Positions 26,620-39,609 of a DNA stretch of 60,000 bases are shown in pieces. The stretch comes from Lytechinus pictus (lineage: Eukaryota). The DNA is taken from NCBI RefSeq assembly GCF_037042905.1, contig NC_087246.1, positions 7,318,001 to 7,378,000 of the forward strand, read 5' to 3'. The translations under genes and the position numbers were made by a program. Under the pieces are notes generated by a model. It had not been told where the DNA came from. It made no database searches and saw only the letters and a list, made by a program, of their open reading frames with translations. The number at the start of each line of letters is the position of its first letter. The first letter of the stretch is position 1.

Positions 26620-29600
26620 GTTTAGTGATATGTTTGTGAATTCTGTTCTATTTTATTTACATTTCCGCTGTTGTCAGAATAAATGTGTCATTTATATTTC
26701 TTAGAGAGTTCATATAGCGAAAGGTATATAAATATATTTTAACTCGTTAGGACCTCAAAAACAATTTTAAAACATTCCCAGATCGATCATTCATTAATCT
26801 GAGATGTTTGTGACTTCTATTTTGTCTTATTTTCTTTTTCGCCGTTGTAAGAAATTTAAGAATAATGCGTGATTTATATTTCTTCTCAGAGAGCGGGAGT
26901 CCGTAACGAAAGGTATATATTAAAAATATTTTAACTCATTAACACTTCAAAACAATGTTAAAATGTCCTGATATATCGTTCATTAATCTGACTTCTATTC
27001 TGTTTTATAATCCTTTCCACCGTTGTCAGAATAGTGCATTTCTTAGAGAGGTCATAGCGAAAGGTATATAAATTTATTTCAACTCGTTAGGACCTCAAAA
27101 ACAATTTAAAAACATTCCCAAATCGATCGTTCATTAATCTGAGATGTTTATGACTTTTATTTTGTTTTATTTTCTTATCCTCCGTTGTAAGAAATTTAAG
27201 AATAATGCGTGATTTAGATTTCTTCTCGGAGAACGGGAGTGCGTAACGAAAGGTATATCAAATATATTTTAACTCATTAACACCTCAAAACAATGTTAAA
27301 AATGTCCTGATATATCGTTAATTAATCTGAGATGTTTGTGACTTCTATTCTGTTTTATAGTCCTTTCCAACGTTGTCACTTGTCAGAATAGTGCATTTCT
27401 TAGAGAGTTCATAGCGAAAGGTATATAAATTTATTTCAACTCGTTGGGACCTCAAAAACAATTTTGAAACATTCCCAAATTGATCGTTCATTAATCTGAA
27501 ATGTTTATGACTTCTATTTTGTTTTATTTTCTCTTCCGCCGTTGTAAGAAATTTAAGAATAATGCGTGATTTATATTTCTTCTCGGAGAGCGGGAGTCCG
27601 TAACGAAAGGTATATTAAAAATATTTTAACTCATTAACACTTCAAAACAATGTTAAAATGTCCTGATATATTGTTCATTAATCTGACTTCTATTCTGTTT
27701 TATAATCCTTTCAACCGTTGTCAGAATAGTGCATTTCTTAGAGAGGTCATAGCGAAAGGTATATAAATTTATTTCAACTCGTTAGGACCTCAAAAACAAT
27801 TTAAAAACATTCCCAAATCGATCGTTCATTAATCTGAGATGTTTATGACTTTTATTTTGTTTTATTTTCTTTTCCGCCGTTGTAAGAAAATTAGGAATAA
27901 TGCGTGATTTATATTTCTTCTCGGAGAACGGGAGTGCGTAACGAAAGGTATATCAAATATATTTTAACTCATTAACACCTCAAAACAATGTTAAAAATGT
28001 CCTGATATATCGTTAATTAATCTGAGATGTTTGTGACTTCTATTCTGTTTTATAGTCCTTTCCAACGTTGTCACTTGTCAGAATAGTGCATTTCTTAGAG
28101 AGTTCATAGCGAAAGGTATATAAATATATTTCAACTCGTTGGGACCTCAAAAACAATTTTGAAACATTCCCAAATTGATCGTTCATTAATCTGAAATGTT
28201 TATGACTTCTATTTTGTTTTATTTTCTCTTCCGCCGTTGTAAGAAATTTAAGAATAATGCGTGATTTATATTTCTTCTCGGAGAGCGGGAGTCCGTAACG
28301 AAAGGTATATTAAAAATATTTTAACTCATTAACACTTCAAAACAATGTTAAAATGTCCTGATATATCGTTCATTAATCTGACTTCTATTCTGTTTTATAA
28401 TCCTTTCCACCGTTGTCAGAATAGTGCATTTCTTAGAGAGGTCATAGCGAAAGGTATATAAATTCATTTCAACTCGTTAGGACCTCAAAAACAATTTTAA
28501 AACATTCCCAAATCGATCGTTCATTAATCTGAGATGTTTATGACTTCTATTTTGTTTTATTTTATTTTCCGCCGTTGTAAGAAATTTAAGAATAATGCGT
28601 GATTTATATTTCTTCTCGGAGAACGGGAGTCCGTAACGAAAGGTATATCAAATATATTTTAACTCATTAACACCTCAAAACAATGTTAAAATGTCCTGAT
28701 ATATCGTTCATTAATCTGAGATGTTTGTGACTTCTATTCTGTTTTATAATCCTTCCCGCCGTTGTCAAAATAGTGCATCATTAATATTTCTTAGAGAGGT
28801 CATAGTGAAAGGTATATAAATATATTTCATTTCGTTAGGACCTCAAAAACAATTTTAAAACATTCCCAAATCGATCGCTCATTAATCTGAGATGTTTGTG
28901 ACTTCTATTTTGTTTTATTTTCTTTTCCGCCGTTGTAAGAAATTTACGAATAATGCGTGATATATATTTCTTCTCGGAGAACGGGAGTCCGTAACGAAAG
29001 GTATATTAAAAATATTTTAACTCATTAACACTTCAAAACAATGTTAAAATGTCCTGATATATTGTTCATTAATCTGACTTCTATTCTGTTTTATAATCCT
29101 TTCAACCGTTGTCAGAATAGTGCATTTCTTAGAGAGGTCATAGCGAAAGGTATATAAATTTATTTCAACTCGTTAGGACCTCAAAAACAATTTAAAAACA
29201 TTCCCAAATCGATCGTTCATTAATCTGAGATGTTTATGACTTTTATTTTGTTTTATTTTCTTTTCCGCCGTTGTAAGAAAATTAGGAATAATGCGTGATT
29301 TATATTTCTTCTCGGAGAACGGGAGTGCGTAACGAAAGGTATATCAAATATATTTTAACTCATTAACACCTCAAAACAATGTTAAAAATGTCCTGATATA
29401 TCGTTAATTAATCTGAGATGTTTGTGACTTCTATTCTGTTTTATAGTCCTTTCCAACGTTGTCACTTGTCAGAATAGTGCATTTCTTAGAGAGTTCATAG
29501 CGAAAGGTATATAAATATATTTCAACTCGTTGGGACCTCAAAAACAATTTTGAAACATTCCCAAATTGATCGTTCATTAATCTGAAATGTTTATGACTTC

Positions 29601-31500
29601 TATTTTGTTTTATTTTCTCTTCCGCCGTTGTAAGAAATTTAAGAATAATGCGTGATTTATATTTCTTCTCGGAGAGCGGGAGTCCGTAACGAAAGGTATA
29701 TTAAAAATATTTTAACTCATTAACACTTCAAAACAATGTTAAAATGTCCTGATATATCGTTCATTAATCTGACTTCTATTCTGTTTTATAATCCTTTCCA
29801 CCGTTGTCAGAATAGTGCATTTCTTAGAGAGGTCATAGCGAAAGGTATATAAATTCATTTCAACTCGTTAGGACCTCAAAAACAATTTTAAAACATTCCC
29901 AAATCGATCGTTCATTAATCTGAGATGTTTATGACTTCTATTTTGTTTTATTTTATTTTCCGCCGTTGTAAGAAATTTAAGAATAATGCGTGATTTATAT
30001 TTCTTCTCGGAGAACGGGAGTCCGTAACGAAAGGTATATCAAATATATTTTAACTCATTAACACCTCAAAACAATGTTAAAATGTCCTGATATATCGTTC
30101 ATTAATCTGAGATGTTTGTGACTTCTATTCTGTTTTATAATCCTTCCCGCCGTTGTCAAAATAGTGCATCATTAATATTTCTTAGAGAGGTCATAGTGAA
30201 AGGTATATAAATATATTTCATTTCGTTAGGACCTCAAAAACAATTTTAAAACATTCCCAAATCGATCGCTCATTAATCTGAGATGTTTGTGACTTCTATT
30301 TTGTTTTATTTTCTTTTCCGCCGTTGTAAGAAATTTACGAATAATGCGTGATATATATTTCTTCTCGGAGAACGGGAGTGCGTAACGAAAGGTATATCAA
30401 ATATATTTTAACTCATTAACACCTCAAAACAATGTTAAAAATGTCCTGATATATCGTTAATTAATCTGAGATGTTTGTGACTTCTATTCTGTTTTATAGT
30501 CCTTTCCAACGTTGTCACTTGTCAGAATAGTGCATTTCTTAGAGAGTTCATAGTGAAAGGTATATAAATATATTTCAACTCGTTGGGACCTCAAAAACAA
30601 TTTTGAAACATTCCCAAATTGATCGTTCATTAATCTGAAATGTTTATGACTTCTATTTTGTTTTATTTTCTCTTCCGCCGTTGTAAGAAATTTAAGAATA
30701 ATGCGTGATTTATATTTCTTCTCGGAGAGCGGGAGTCCGTAACGAAAGGTATATTAAAAATATTTTAACTCATTAACACTTCAAAACAATGTTAAAATGT
30801 CCTGATATATCGTTCATTAATCTGACTTCTATTCTGTTTTATAATCCTTTCCACCGTTGTCAGAATAGTGCATTTCTTAGAGAGGTCATAGCGAAAGGTA
30901 TATAAATTCATTTCAACTCGTTAGGACCTCAAAAACAATTTTAAAACATTCCCAAATCGATCGTTCATTAATCTGAGATGTTTATGACTTCTATTTTGTT
31001 TTATTTTATTTTCCGCCGTTGTAAGAAATTTAAGAATAATGCGTGATTTATATTTCTTCTCGGAGAACGGGAGTCCGTAACGAAAGGTATATCAAATATA
31101 TTTTAACTCATTAACACCTCAAAACAATGTTAAAATGTCCTGATATATCGTTCATTAATCTGAGATGTTTGTGACTTCTATTCTGTTTTATAATCCTTCC
31201 CGCCGTTGTCAAAATAGTGCATCATTAATATTTCTTAGAGAGGTCATAGTGAAAGGTATATAAATATATTTCATTTCGTTAGGACCTCAAAAACAATTTT
31301 AAAACATTCCCAAATCGATCGCTCATTAATCTGAGATGTTTGTGACTTCTATTTTGTTTTATTTTCTTTTCCGCCGTTGTAAGAAATTTACGAATAATGC
31401 GTGATATATATTTCTTCTCGGAGAACGGGAGTCCATAACGAAAGGTATATAAAATATATTTTAACTCATTAACACCTCAAAACAGTTTAAAACATATCCA
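26620..31500. repeat. ~4.9-kb tandem array of alternating ~155-185-bp monomers (dimer ~345 bp) with higher-order repeats
   Basis: Each monomer carries CGAAAGGTATAT...AACTC...CAAAA(A)CAAT...GATxxATCGTTCATTAATCTGA; diagnostic variants recur at 1391-bp (28751 and 30142) and 1053-bp (30142 and 31195) spacing. Confidence 0.95.
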
Positions 31501-31766
31501 GACAAAAAAAGACCCCTAAATTTTGAGATAAAAATAACAACTTAACATTCCAATATTTTCGCCGATATCAGTTTTAGGTTGGTGTCCGCCGCCGATTAAA
31601 ACAGCATTACATCATCTATTGAACTTCGCGGATCGGCAATGAAACTTGACTTTGGATCGGATCAAAGCGCAGCGCATGTGAAAATCAAAACATCACGTGC
31701 AAATTTGGCCACCGCCGAATCGGCGGGTTTCCGACACGCGTAAGAAAAATCCTGGCGAGAACGCTG
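31500..31766 (-). mobile_element. Probable hAT-like terminus bounding the 26.6-31.5-kb array
   Basis: Cluster of GCCGA/TCGG motifs ending ...CCTGGCGAGAACGCTG (reverse complement CAGCGTTCTCGCCAGG); the partner end was not found. Confidence 0.45.
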
Positions 31767-32482
31767 TTCCCCATGAAGCCTGGGCCGGGGATCATTCCTC
31801 TCTGTACAGGCTAGGATTTCCCACGGTTACAGTAGATCTAAATCACAGATTGTATAAATCGTTTTGAGCCCAAACTAACGTAAATGGGCCAAAACAATAT
31901 TTTCCCCCCGAATTTGATATTTTTGATTAATTTTTTTCTCAATAAATAGTACGAAATTTAAGAGCACGAGAGTTCACTTACCCAGTCTGTTTCGGTCGCC
32001 ATCTTGAAGTCTTTGTTATCGATACCTAGATACAATGTACCACACGGGTGTATAGCCGCCAACTTAGATTTAAAAAATACTTGCATTGGCCGAAAATATT
32101 ATGAATCGTAAAATACTTGCATCGATTGATAAATATCATAAAGCAATGTGCATCAAAATTCTAAAATTACTAAAAATCACTTTTGACCAAAGTAGAATAT
32201 GAGTCAGGTCATTTTAAGCATATCAAAAATTTGCGCACGCACACAGTTATGCGTGTGTTCTCGCGTGTAAAGGCACTGTACAACATAGGAATAGGATTTC
32301 CCTCTTTTTCAAGAATATTCAACACATGCTTATGATGCTTCTCGTAAGAAAAGTTCAGTTTTCATCATGATTGATCTCAATAAACATGGTAATTTTATTA
32401 GAGATCATGAGAATCAGAGACAGATCACCTAATTCGTCCTCATGACGAATTAAAATTCTACTTTTTACTTGTGGGTGTGTCT

Positions 32483-33062
32483 TTAAAGGAAAATGAAACC
32501 TTTAGAACAAGATAGCTAGTGTGAAAACAGAAAAATCAAAGAAACAGATCAACGAAAGTTTGAGAAAATCGGACAAATAATGAGAAGGTTATGAGCATTT
32601 GAATATTGCAATCACTTATGCTATGGAGATCCTCACATTGGCAATGGGACAAAGATGTGTGATGTCACTTGTGAACAACTCTCCCCATTACTTTAGTATA
32701 TATTTCACTTAAATTGCCTCTTTTATCACATCTATCAGTAGATCATGTGTTCTTTCTAGAGGAGGGCATGTAATACAGATTTTTTAAAGAATACATCATG
32801 GATGAAGAGTTTGTATCACAATAAGAAAAAGCAAGAAGAGACATTTTGGGGATATTTTATAGTCCATCAAAGGGAAAGTTGTTCACATGTGACATCACAC
32901 ATCCAATGGAAGGATCTCCATAGCATTAGTGATTGCAATATTCAAATATTCATAACTTTCTCATTGTTTGTCCGATTTTTCTCAAACTTTCGTTGATCTG
33001 TTCCTTTGATTTTTCTGTTTCGACACAAGCCTACTTATTCCAAAAGTTTCATTTCCCTTTAA
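32483..33062. mobile_element. TTAA-flanked foldback MITE (Kolobok-like)
   Basis: TTAAAGGAAAATGAAAC...GTTTCATTTCCCTTTAA with ~200-bp inverted arms; related copy at 54857-55447. Confidence 0.85.
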
Positions 33063-34711
33063 TTTTTTATTTCATCTAGACCAAAAGCTTCAGTCTCTGT
33101 TATGTTGGTTGTTCTGCTGAACTCCGTTGGCTCCACTCACCAAATACAGAGACCGAAGTTCTACATGTAGCTCGATCTGTACAGGGACTCAATGGCCATA
33201 TGTTTATGTATTAAGTTCAGATAAAACAGGAAAGTGAAGTTGCACGACAGCCGAAGTAAGTCACTGTTATTTCCCCTTTTAAGTTTATTTTTCCCCGTTT
33301 TGGTGCATTTCAGGCAAAAACGGAATATCTTTATTTTGGTACATTTCTTTTTATATATATTTTTATGAAATAAAGACAAAAATCGATGAGGCCCGTCGGG
33401 GGGATTTTTCATTGTTTACCCCCTCATGGTGGCTGCACGATAGGGAGCCGTCTGTGTACGAGGAAAAATTAAAAGAATAAAATGTTAAAAAACTCCTCAA
33501 AACAGACAGCTGCCAGCTGTCTAAGCTGTGCCGGCTGGGTGCGCTGTGCTGACATGGCTGAGGTAGACATAGCCAGGAAGCTTCTAGAGAGTAAAAATCA
33601 TTTACTAACGTACATGTATGCTTACTCTCCACGAAGCCAGGAATTCCTTCCCATTCATCTGCACGTACCACCCAAAAACTAAAAAAAAATTGCCCCTGAG
33701 ATTTCTACTTCCCTTCTAAAACATCTAGCCCTAAATCATGTAAATTTCATTTCTGACATTTCTACACTATCAATTTTATTTTTAAACAAGAATTCATTTA
33801 AAACATGAGAAAAATATGAAAAGACTGGGAAAACTTGCTCGATGTTTGCGCCGCCATCTTGTTTTTTATTGTTCTTCGCCAACGTTACCGACGCATGCGT
33901 CCGTTCCACTTTAATGTAATTCGAAGAAAGGTTTTCTTTTTCAATTTTAATGTTTTTAATATTGACTTGATCCACATAAATGAGGTATGAAATGATGAAA
34001 TCGCATAAATACTCAACCATCTTTCGGGGCTTAGCTAACATGCTGCTGAGAGAAACGCTTTCTGATCATGCCTTTTAGGAGATTAGTCTTAATCTTTTAG
34101 ATTTTTCTTTCGTTTTTTTTTTTTTATTGGTGGTGACTTAAAGCAAGGTTCATGTTACCATTAAAGCCTGTTTTCCTTGTTCAAATGTTAAGCAAAAGTG
34201 AAAAGACAAGACTATGTGAATTGAATTTCACATAGAAATTTGCACATACGGGAGATGGGGGGGGGGGTTGATTGAGACCCCAGTGGGCCCCGGGGTGAAT
34301 AAGGCCCCCAGTTAGTTTTTAGCTCACTGCTAAAGTAACCAGTGTCAAAGGGGTTTGCTGTTGGTGTGGTATATCAGATAGATCCTTGGCACAGATTTTT
34401 AGCAAAGGCAATGTTTCATAGCCCAATGCACATGGCCAGGAGGAGCACAAACCCAGCAGCACCTCAAAACCGAAGTTTTGAAAGTAGCATCACCACTTTC
34501 GAGAGGCGAGTACTGTAGGCCTATATACCCAGTTTGTTCAATAAAGTTTACATGTATCATAGTTTACTGTTGTAAGGTATTGTGCTTGCCAGTACTGTAG
34601 TAAAATTAACCAGTTTCTGTCTTTTTTTCTGACTGAAAAACTATGAACCCAACACACTCTATGATGCAAATGAGCCCCCCCCCCCCTCCCCACCCCGATT
34701 AATACATAATA

Positions 34712-36300
34712 CAGGGATGCCAGAGTTCCGGCTATAGCCGGAATTCCGGCTTTTTCATTTTTCCGACCTTAAGTTCCGGCTGGTCGAGTTTTCTCAGGCC
34801 GGACAGAACTGTCTACGGCCAGATCCGGCCGTTCAATGAGAAGACTATGCTCCGTACGGCCGTTATACAGTGCGTCCCAGAAAAAACGAAACCGATATTT
34901 AGCGATGATTTATCATAATTTAATCACAAATACAATAGACAAATGACCTACCAATGTAAAGCTTAGAATCTCCTCTTTAATCTGATATTACTTAAATTAT
35001 TCCTCATTCACGCATGAGCGAGCAAAAACAATTTGAAGAAAGGATACCAAAAACTCATTTGGCGGGGGGTATCTGAATTTCAAAACGAAAATCACATGTC
35101 GTAAAAGTTCAATATCTGCTCTTCAATTTGATACCTCAATTACAGAAAATGGTCAAGAAATAACAAAGTTCTGGTTATTTGAAATAAGGCTTGAATTTCC
35201 ATAATTTCATTAAATAAACTGTTTTCACCAGTTTCCCACAGAAGCTATCGCATGGTTAACAAAAGACTTAATGCATGGCTGATCGTAAACAAAACGGAGT
35301 GTCGAGTGACTCGGAACGCTAGCCTGTAAAACCTCTTCATTGATAAATAAATTTTATGAAATTATTGAAATTCAAGCCTTATTTCAAATAACCAGAACTT
35401 TGTTATTTCTTGACCATTTTCTGTAATTGAGGTTTCAAATTAAAGAGCAGATATTGAACTTTTTAAAAATGTGGTTTTCCTTTAGAAAGCCAGATACAAC
35501 CCGCCAAATGACTTTTTGGTATCCCCTCTTCAAATTGTTTTTGCTCACTCATGCGTGAAGGAGAAATTATCTAAGTAATATCAGATGAAAGAGGAGATTC
35601 TAAGCTTTACATTGGTAGGTCATTTGTCTATTTTATTTGTGATTAAGTTATGATAAATCATCGCTAAATCTCGGTTTCGTTTTTTCTGGGACGCACTGTA
35701 TGTACCTAAGCTATTGTGCAAGAAAAAATCCTGTGATATAATGGAATTTGACTCGTACGAGCCGGTCAGTTAAACGCTAGTTTTAATCAAGGTTTTTTTG
35801 TGCGTGTGTGTGTATATGGTCGCATTACGCTAGACTGCTCTGTATGTATGTGATTGGTGTTGACTGATCGCCGTACATTATAACGTGTATGGATTGTGAA
35901 CGTAACTTTGAATTTTGAGAAAATGACTGTATTTGAGTCTAGTGTAATACCAATGCGATAAGTGGCATGGGCTGCATGGCTATGCGTTCGCTGCGCGATG
36001 AGTATGCCTACACCGGCCGTACACGGTGTTTTCGCGCTCCCGTTCAATTCGCGTTGTTATTCTGAGCTGATTTTCCGTTTCGATTGTGGATTTAATCACA
36101 ATTTTTCAACAAGTATGAATGTTGAAAGAGGAACCAACATTAAGCAAATAGACAGTGGAATCAAGAACAAATTCCAGTGGAAGTGGTTGGAGAACAAAGA
36201 CAATAGTGGAACGTTTCTCTCGGATTATTTTTTGCTAAATCGATGTCGCTGGTAAAGCACGATGTATTGTTTAATTATGTTCTTGTAGACTTCATCAAGA
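34712..36300 (+). mobile_element. 5' portion of a hAT-like transposon with an N-terminal transposase relic
   Basis: Starts CAGGGATGCCAGA with TTCCGGC subterminal repeats; relic peptide KQIDSGIKNKFQWKWLENKDNSGTFLSDY...AGKARCIV at ~36140-36270 resembles a zinc-finger-bearing transposase N-terminus. Confidence 0.5.
34868..35698. mobile_element. Tc1/mariner-type foldback MITE
   Basis: TA|CAGTGCGTCCCAGAAAAAACGAAACCGA...TCGGTTTCGTTTTTTCTGGGACGCACTG|TA; ~350-bp inverted arms; TA TSD. Confidence 0.9.
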
Positions 36301-36479
36301 CATAAATATTTTTCATGAATTAATTGTAAGTTGAGGCTCTGCAACATAAAAAAATGCCCATAACTTGAGCTAAATTTTTGGGAAAATGATCCCTAAAATA
36401 GGCTCAGATTGCATCAGAGACCATTTAGAACCCTAGAGCTGGACCCCGGCCGAACGGGACTTCGCGCTTCGCGCTCCTG

Positions 36480-36746
36480 GGCCCCGTCTTACAAAGAGTT
36501 ACGATTGATCCAATCAATCGTAACTATGGAAATCCATCAGTGTCATAATTTTTTATACAGGAAATTTGCAAAAGTCCTTTGTAAACAAAGGAGAACACAC
36601 CAAATTGTCAAAGAATCAATGAATTCATGGATGTACATTCATATCTAGAAATCTTTTGAACAAACATGCATTTTATATGTTGACTATGCTGGCTTTCCAT
36701 AGTTGCGATTGATCGGATCAATCGCAACTCTTTGTAAAACGGGCCC
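36480..36746. mobile_element. PIF/Harbinger-type MITE
   Basis: TIR GGCCCCGTCTTACAAAGAGTT / AACTCTTTGTAAAACGGGCCC with 3-bp TSD CTG; internal CGATTGATC..ATCAATCG palindromes. Confidence 0.85.
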
Positions 36747-37094
36747 CTGGGATGTTTCACAAAATAATGTGTACAGTGCTGGACTAGTGTCACACTACAG
36801 TGTCATATTTAATTTATGCTTAAATATGGACTCGCACATGACATGCTACTCCCAATCTTATTGATTTAAAGGTGTAATGTTGTGCATCGATGTAAAATCT
36901 GTGGATCTGAGTCATCTCACTGATAATTGGCTTGGTATGAACAAACTGTTTCTTAGCCAAAGAACAGCTGTACTGATAATGATTCCTATATGTCTGAATG
37001 TAGCCTGCTTTCAGTCAAATCTTGTTTGCAGGTTTGATTATTCTTGATGGTATTATAAATTGAATATTCTTCCCTCTTGGTTTGATTTATGCAG

Positions 37095-37198
37095 CAAGAA
37101 GATACCACCAGCCCTGAGATCTACTTTGAACCCATTGTCAAACTCAAGCCAGTCGATGTCAAAAGCATGGAGGAGGATGAAGAGGAACTATTCAAAAT
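37095..37198 (+). CDS. RANBP1: RanBP1 exon 2
   Basis: AG|QEDTTSPEIYFEPIVKLKPVDVKSMEEDEEELFK(M)|GTGAGT; start of the RanBD1 domain. Confidence 0.93.
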
Positions 37199-37578
37199 GT
37201 GAGTTCATTTTTCTTATGAAATTTGCGATCCTTTCATTTTATTTCTCTGGTGTGAATTTAGAAAAGAGTCGTCAATATTTCTGAATATATGCATGGTTGA
37301 TTTACTTGATTACAAATGTCTCGGCATGAACTACATGTACATTTTAAAGAAAAATGTGTATTCTGAAAACCCTTTCTTGATTTTACTTTTCACATCAAGG
37401 TAGTTTAGGGATTATGTGAAACCATTTTATTACACTGAGTAGTTACACATTTTGTTTTCAGAGAGCAAGAACTTAATGACTTTATTTAGAAAACATTTAT
37501 ATTTGAAAAAGAGTTTTTTAATGTGAAAATGGTCAACTATGAATATTTTATCACGATAAATTTCATCTCTTTTACTGT

Positions 37579-37978
37579 TGAAAGATAAATTCCAGTTGTG
37601 GTAACGAATTAAAAATGAGTTCGTACAGAATCCAATGAAATGACCACCAAAGTGTCTGTTTGTATCAATGAAAAATATGTGCCAAAGGATTCTGTAAGAA
37701 ATTGTGTAATTGCTGAGAAATTAGCAAATAAGCACGGGATTCGGGTCAAGCATCGGGCCGACATTCAAAGCAATAATAATACACTGTCCCATGTGCGCTT
37801 ATCTGTGTTAGTGATCTTCAGTGTGAAAATTTTTCAGCGTAGATTTCAAGATTTCACAAAGTTCAGTTTATGTAACTACCAGATCTAGATCCTCGATGAT
37901 ATACTGACAATTAAGCTTGGTTTCACACACTTTCTCGTGAAATCAGTGTTTACTGCAACTACTTTCATTTATCTTTAA
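37579..37978. mobile_element. TTAA-type MITE (Kolobok-like) in RanBP1 intron 2
   Basis: Ends TGAAAGATAAAT...AGTTG and CAACT...ATTTATCTTTAA. Confidence 0.6.
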
Positions 37979-38007
37979 GAATTCAATATTTTGTTCAACT
38001 TTGACAG

Positions 38008-38171
38008 GAGGGCAAGGCTTTATCGATACGCCAATGAGGAAAGTCCTGCAGAGTGGAAAGAGAGAGGAACGGGAGAGATCAAACTATTGCAGAAAAAAGA
38101 TGATCCTGATGGTCATGTTAGGATACTCATGAGAAGGGATAAGACATTCAAGATATGTGCAAATCATTATA
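38008..38171 (+). CDS. RANBP1: RanBP1 exon 3
   Basis: [54 protein letters not shown]; hallmark WKERG and MRRDKT.KICANH motifs; canonical AG/GT. Confidence 0.97.
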
Positions 38172-38569
38172 GTGAGTCTTTTGCATTTCAATGAAACAAT
38201 ATTCAACCTTTTTGCACATTCAACCCCCCGTAAAAAAAAAAAAATCTTTATAAAAATTCATAAACTTCTCAACCCATGTTAATTTAATAGCATGACAACT
38301 TTTCAGTTAAACAATCCAAAATCCATTCAGAATTTCATTCATCATATCATTTAATTTCCTCATATATCCTCATTCTGTTTCACCACCACCACGCTTCCGA
38401 CATATCAAAACAGTGAGCTAAACACACCAATTTGAATTCTTTTTTACATGTTCCACCAATCCCCATGAAGTATTCTAAGCCCGAAACATGTGCAAAACAA
38501 TTACAGATTTAACAAACTTAACATAAAAAAATATCTATTTTTATTCCTTTGTATTTGTCTTTCTTTCAG

Positions 38570-38698
38570 TCCAGTCACATATGGTCCTGAAGCCAAACTG
38601 TGGCAGTGATAAAGCCTTTGTTTGGAACACGCTAGCAGACTTTGCTGATGAAGAACCTAAACAAGAGACCTTAGCTATCCGCTTTGGCAATGCAGAGA
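38570..38698 (+). CDS. RANBP1: RanBP1 exon 4
   Basis: (I)[50 protein letters not shown]; phases consistent with neighbours. Confidence 0.96.
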
Positions 38699-39090
38699 GT
38701 AAGTAATAGTTTGTTAATTCCTAGAATAAGGGAATTCCCCTTTTGATTTCATCCTAACTTTCAATAACATTAAAAATCATTACTACTTGAAGAAATTGAT
38801 ACTTGTTAAAGATATGGTTAATTTAATAATGGATATTCTATTAAGGCCAGTGGGTAATTATTTAGTAAATAAATGTATACTGGGATCCTGAAAAAATATT
38901 TCTTATTTTTAATCTTGATAAAAAAAAAAGCTAAGGAAACATTTGCTTGAAGAATAGCCTGAGGTGGATACTATTATTGTGATATTTGTAAAGGTCTCTG
39001 GTCCATATGTAATTATTCTTGCAATGTGTAAGGTTCATGAAAAGCATTCACTTATTTTATTGTTATTTGTATCACATTTTGTTGTTCCAG

Positions 39091-39153
39091 ATGCAAAGAA
39101 ATTCAAGGAGAAATTTGAAGAATGTCAAAAAGTGCTGAAAGAGGCTGCTGCAG
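39091..39153 (+). CDS. RANBP1: RanBP1 exon 5
   Basis: (N)AKKFKEKFEECQKVLKEAAA; end of RanBD; AG/GTGAGA. Confidence 0.93.
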
Positions 39154-39199
39154 GTGAGAATTTTTTTTGCTTAAAATTCTTGAAGCAATGAAAGGTTCT

Positions 39200-39609
39200 C
39201 AGGGTGCTACATAACTTTTAAGAAGCACTTGCCCGGTCGGGAAAGTAAATTTTTAAATAGTTGGAATATACTTGCCCAAAAATCTATTTCACTTGCCAGA
39301 AAAAAATCTTTGAAAAAACCAGTTTTACCTCTTCAAAAGAAAGTTTTGCTGTTTTATAAACCATTGACCTTTATCTCTCTTTTGACATGAACTTATCTAT
39401 TTGTTACTGCATTTCTTTTTCCAAAGTGATTTTATCTTGCCTGCCATGTCCAAAATTAAGGTCAGCATATCATATAGACCATAATTTTGGTCATTCTACT
39501 GTGAGAATTTTGCTTGCCCAATTCGGGCAAGAAGTTTTGTCTTTACTTCAGACCACTTGCCCGACTCTAACTTTTACTTGCCCCAGGCAAGTGCTTATGT
39601 AGCACCCTG
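39200..39609. mobile_element. hAT-like MITE
   Basis: TIR CAGGGTGCTACATAA / TTATGTAGCACCCTG; many ACTTGCCC subterminal motifs; TSD not preserved. Confidence 0.8.
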
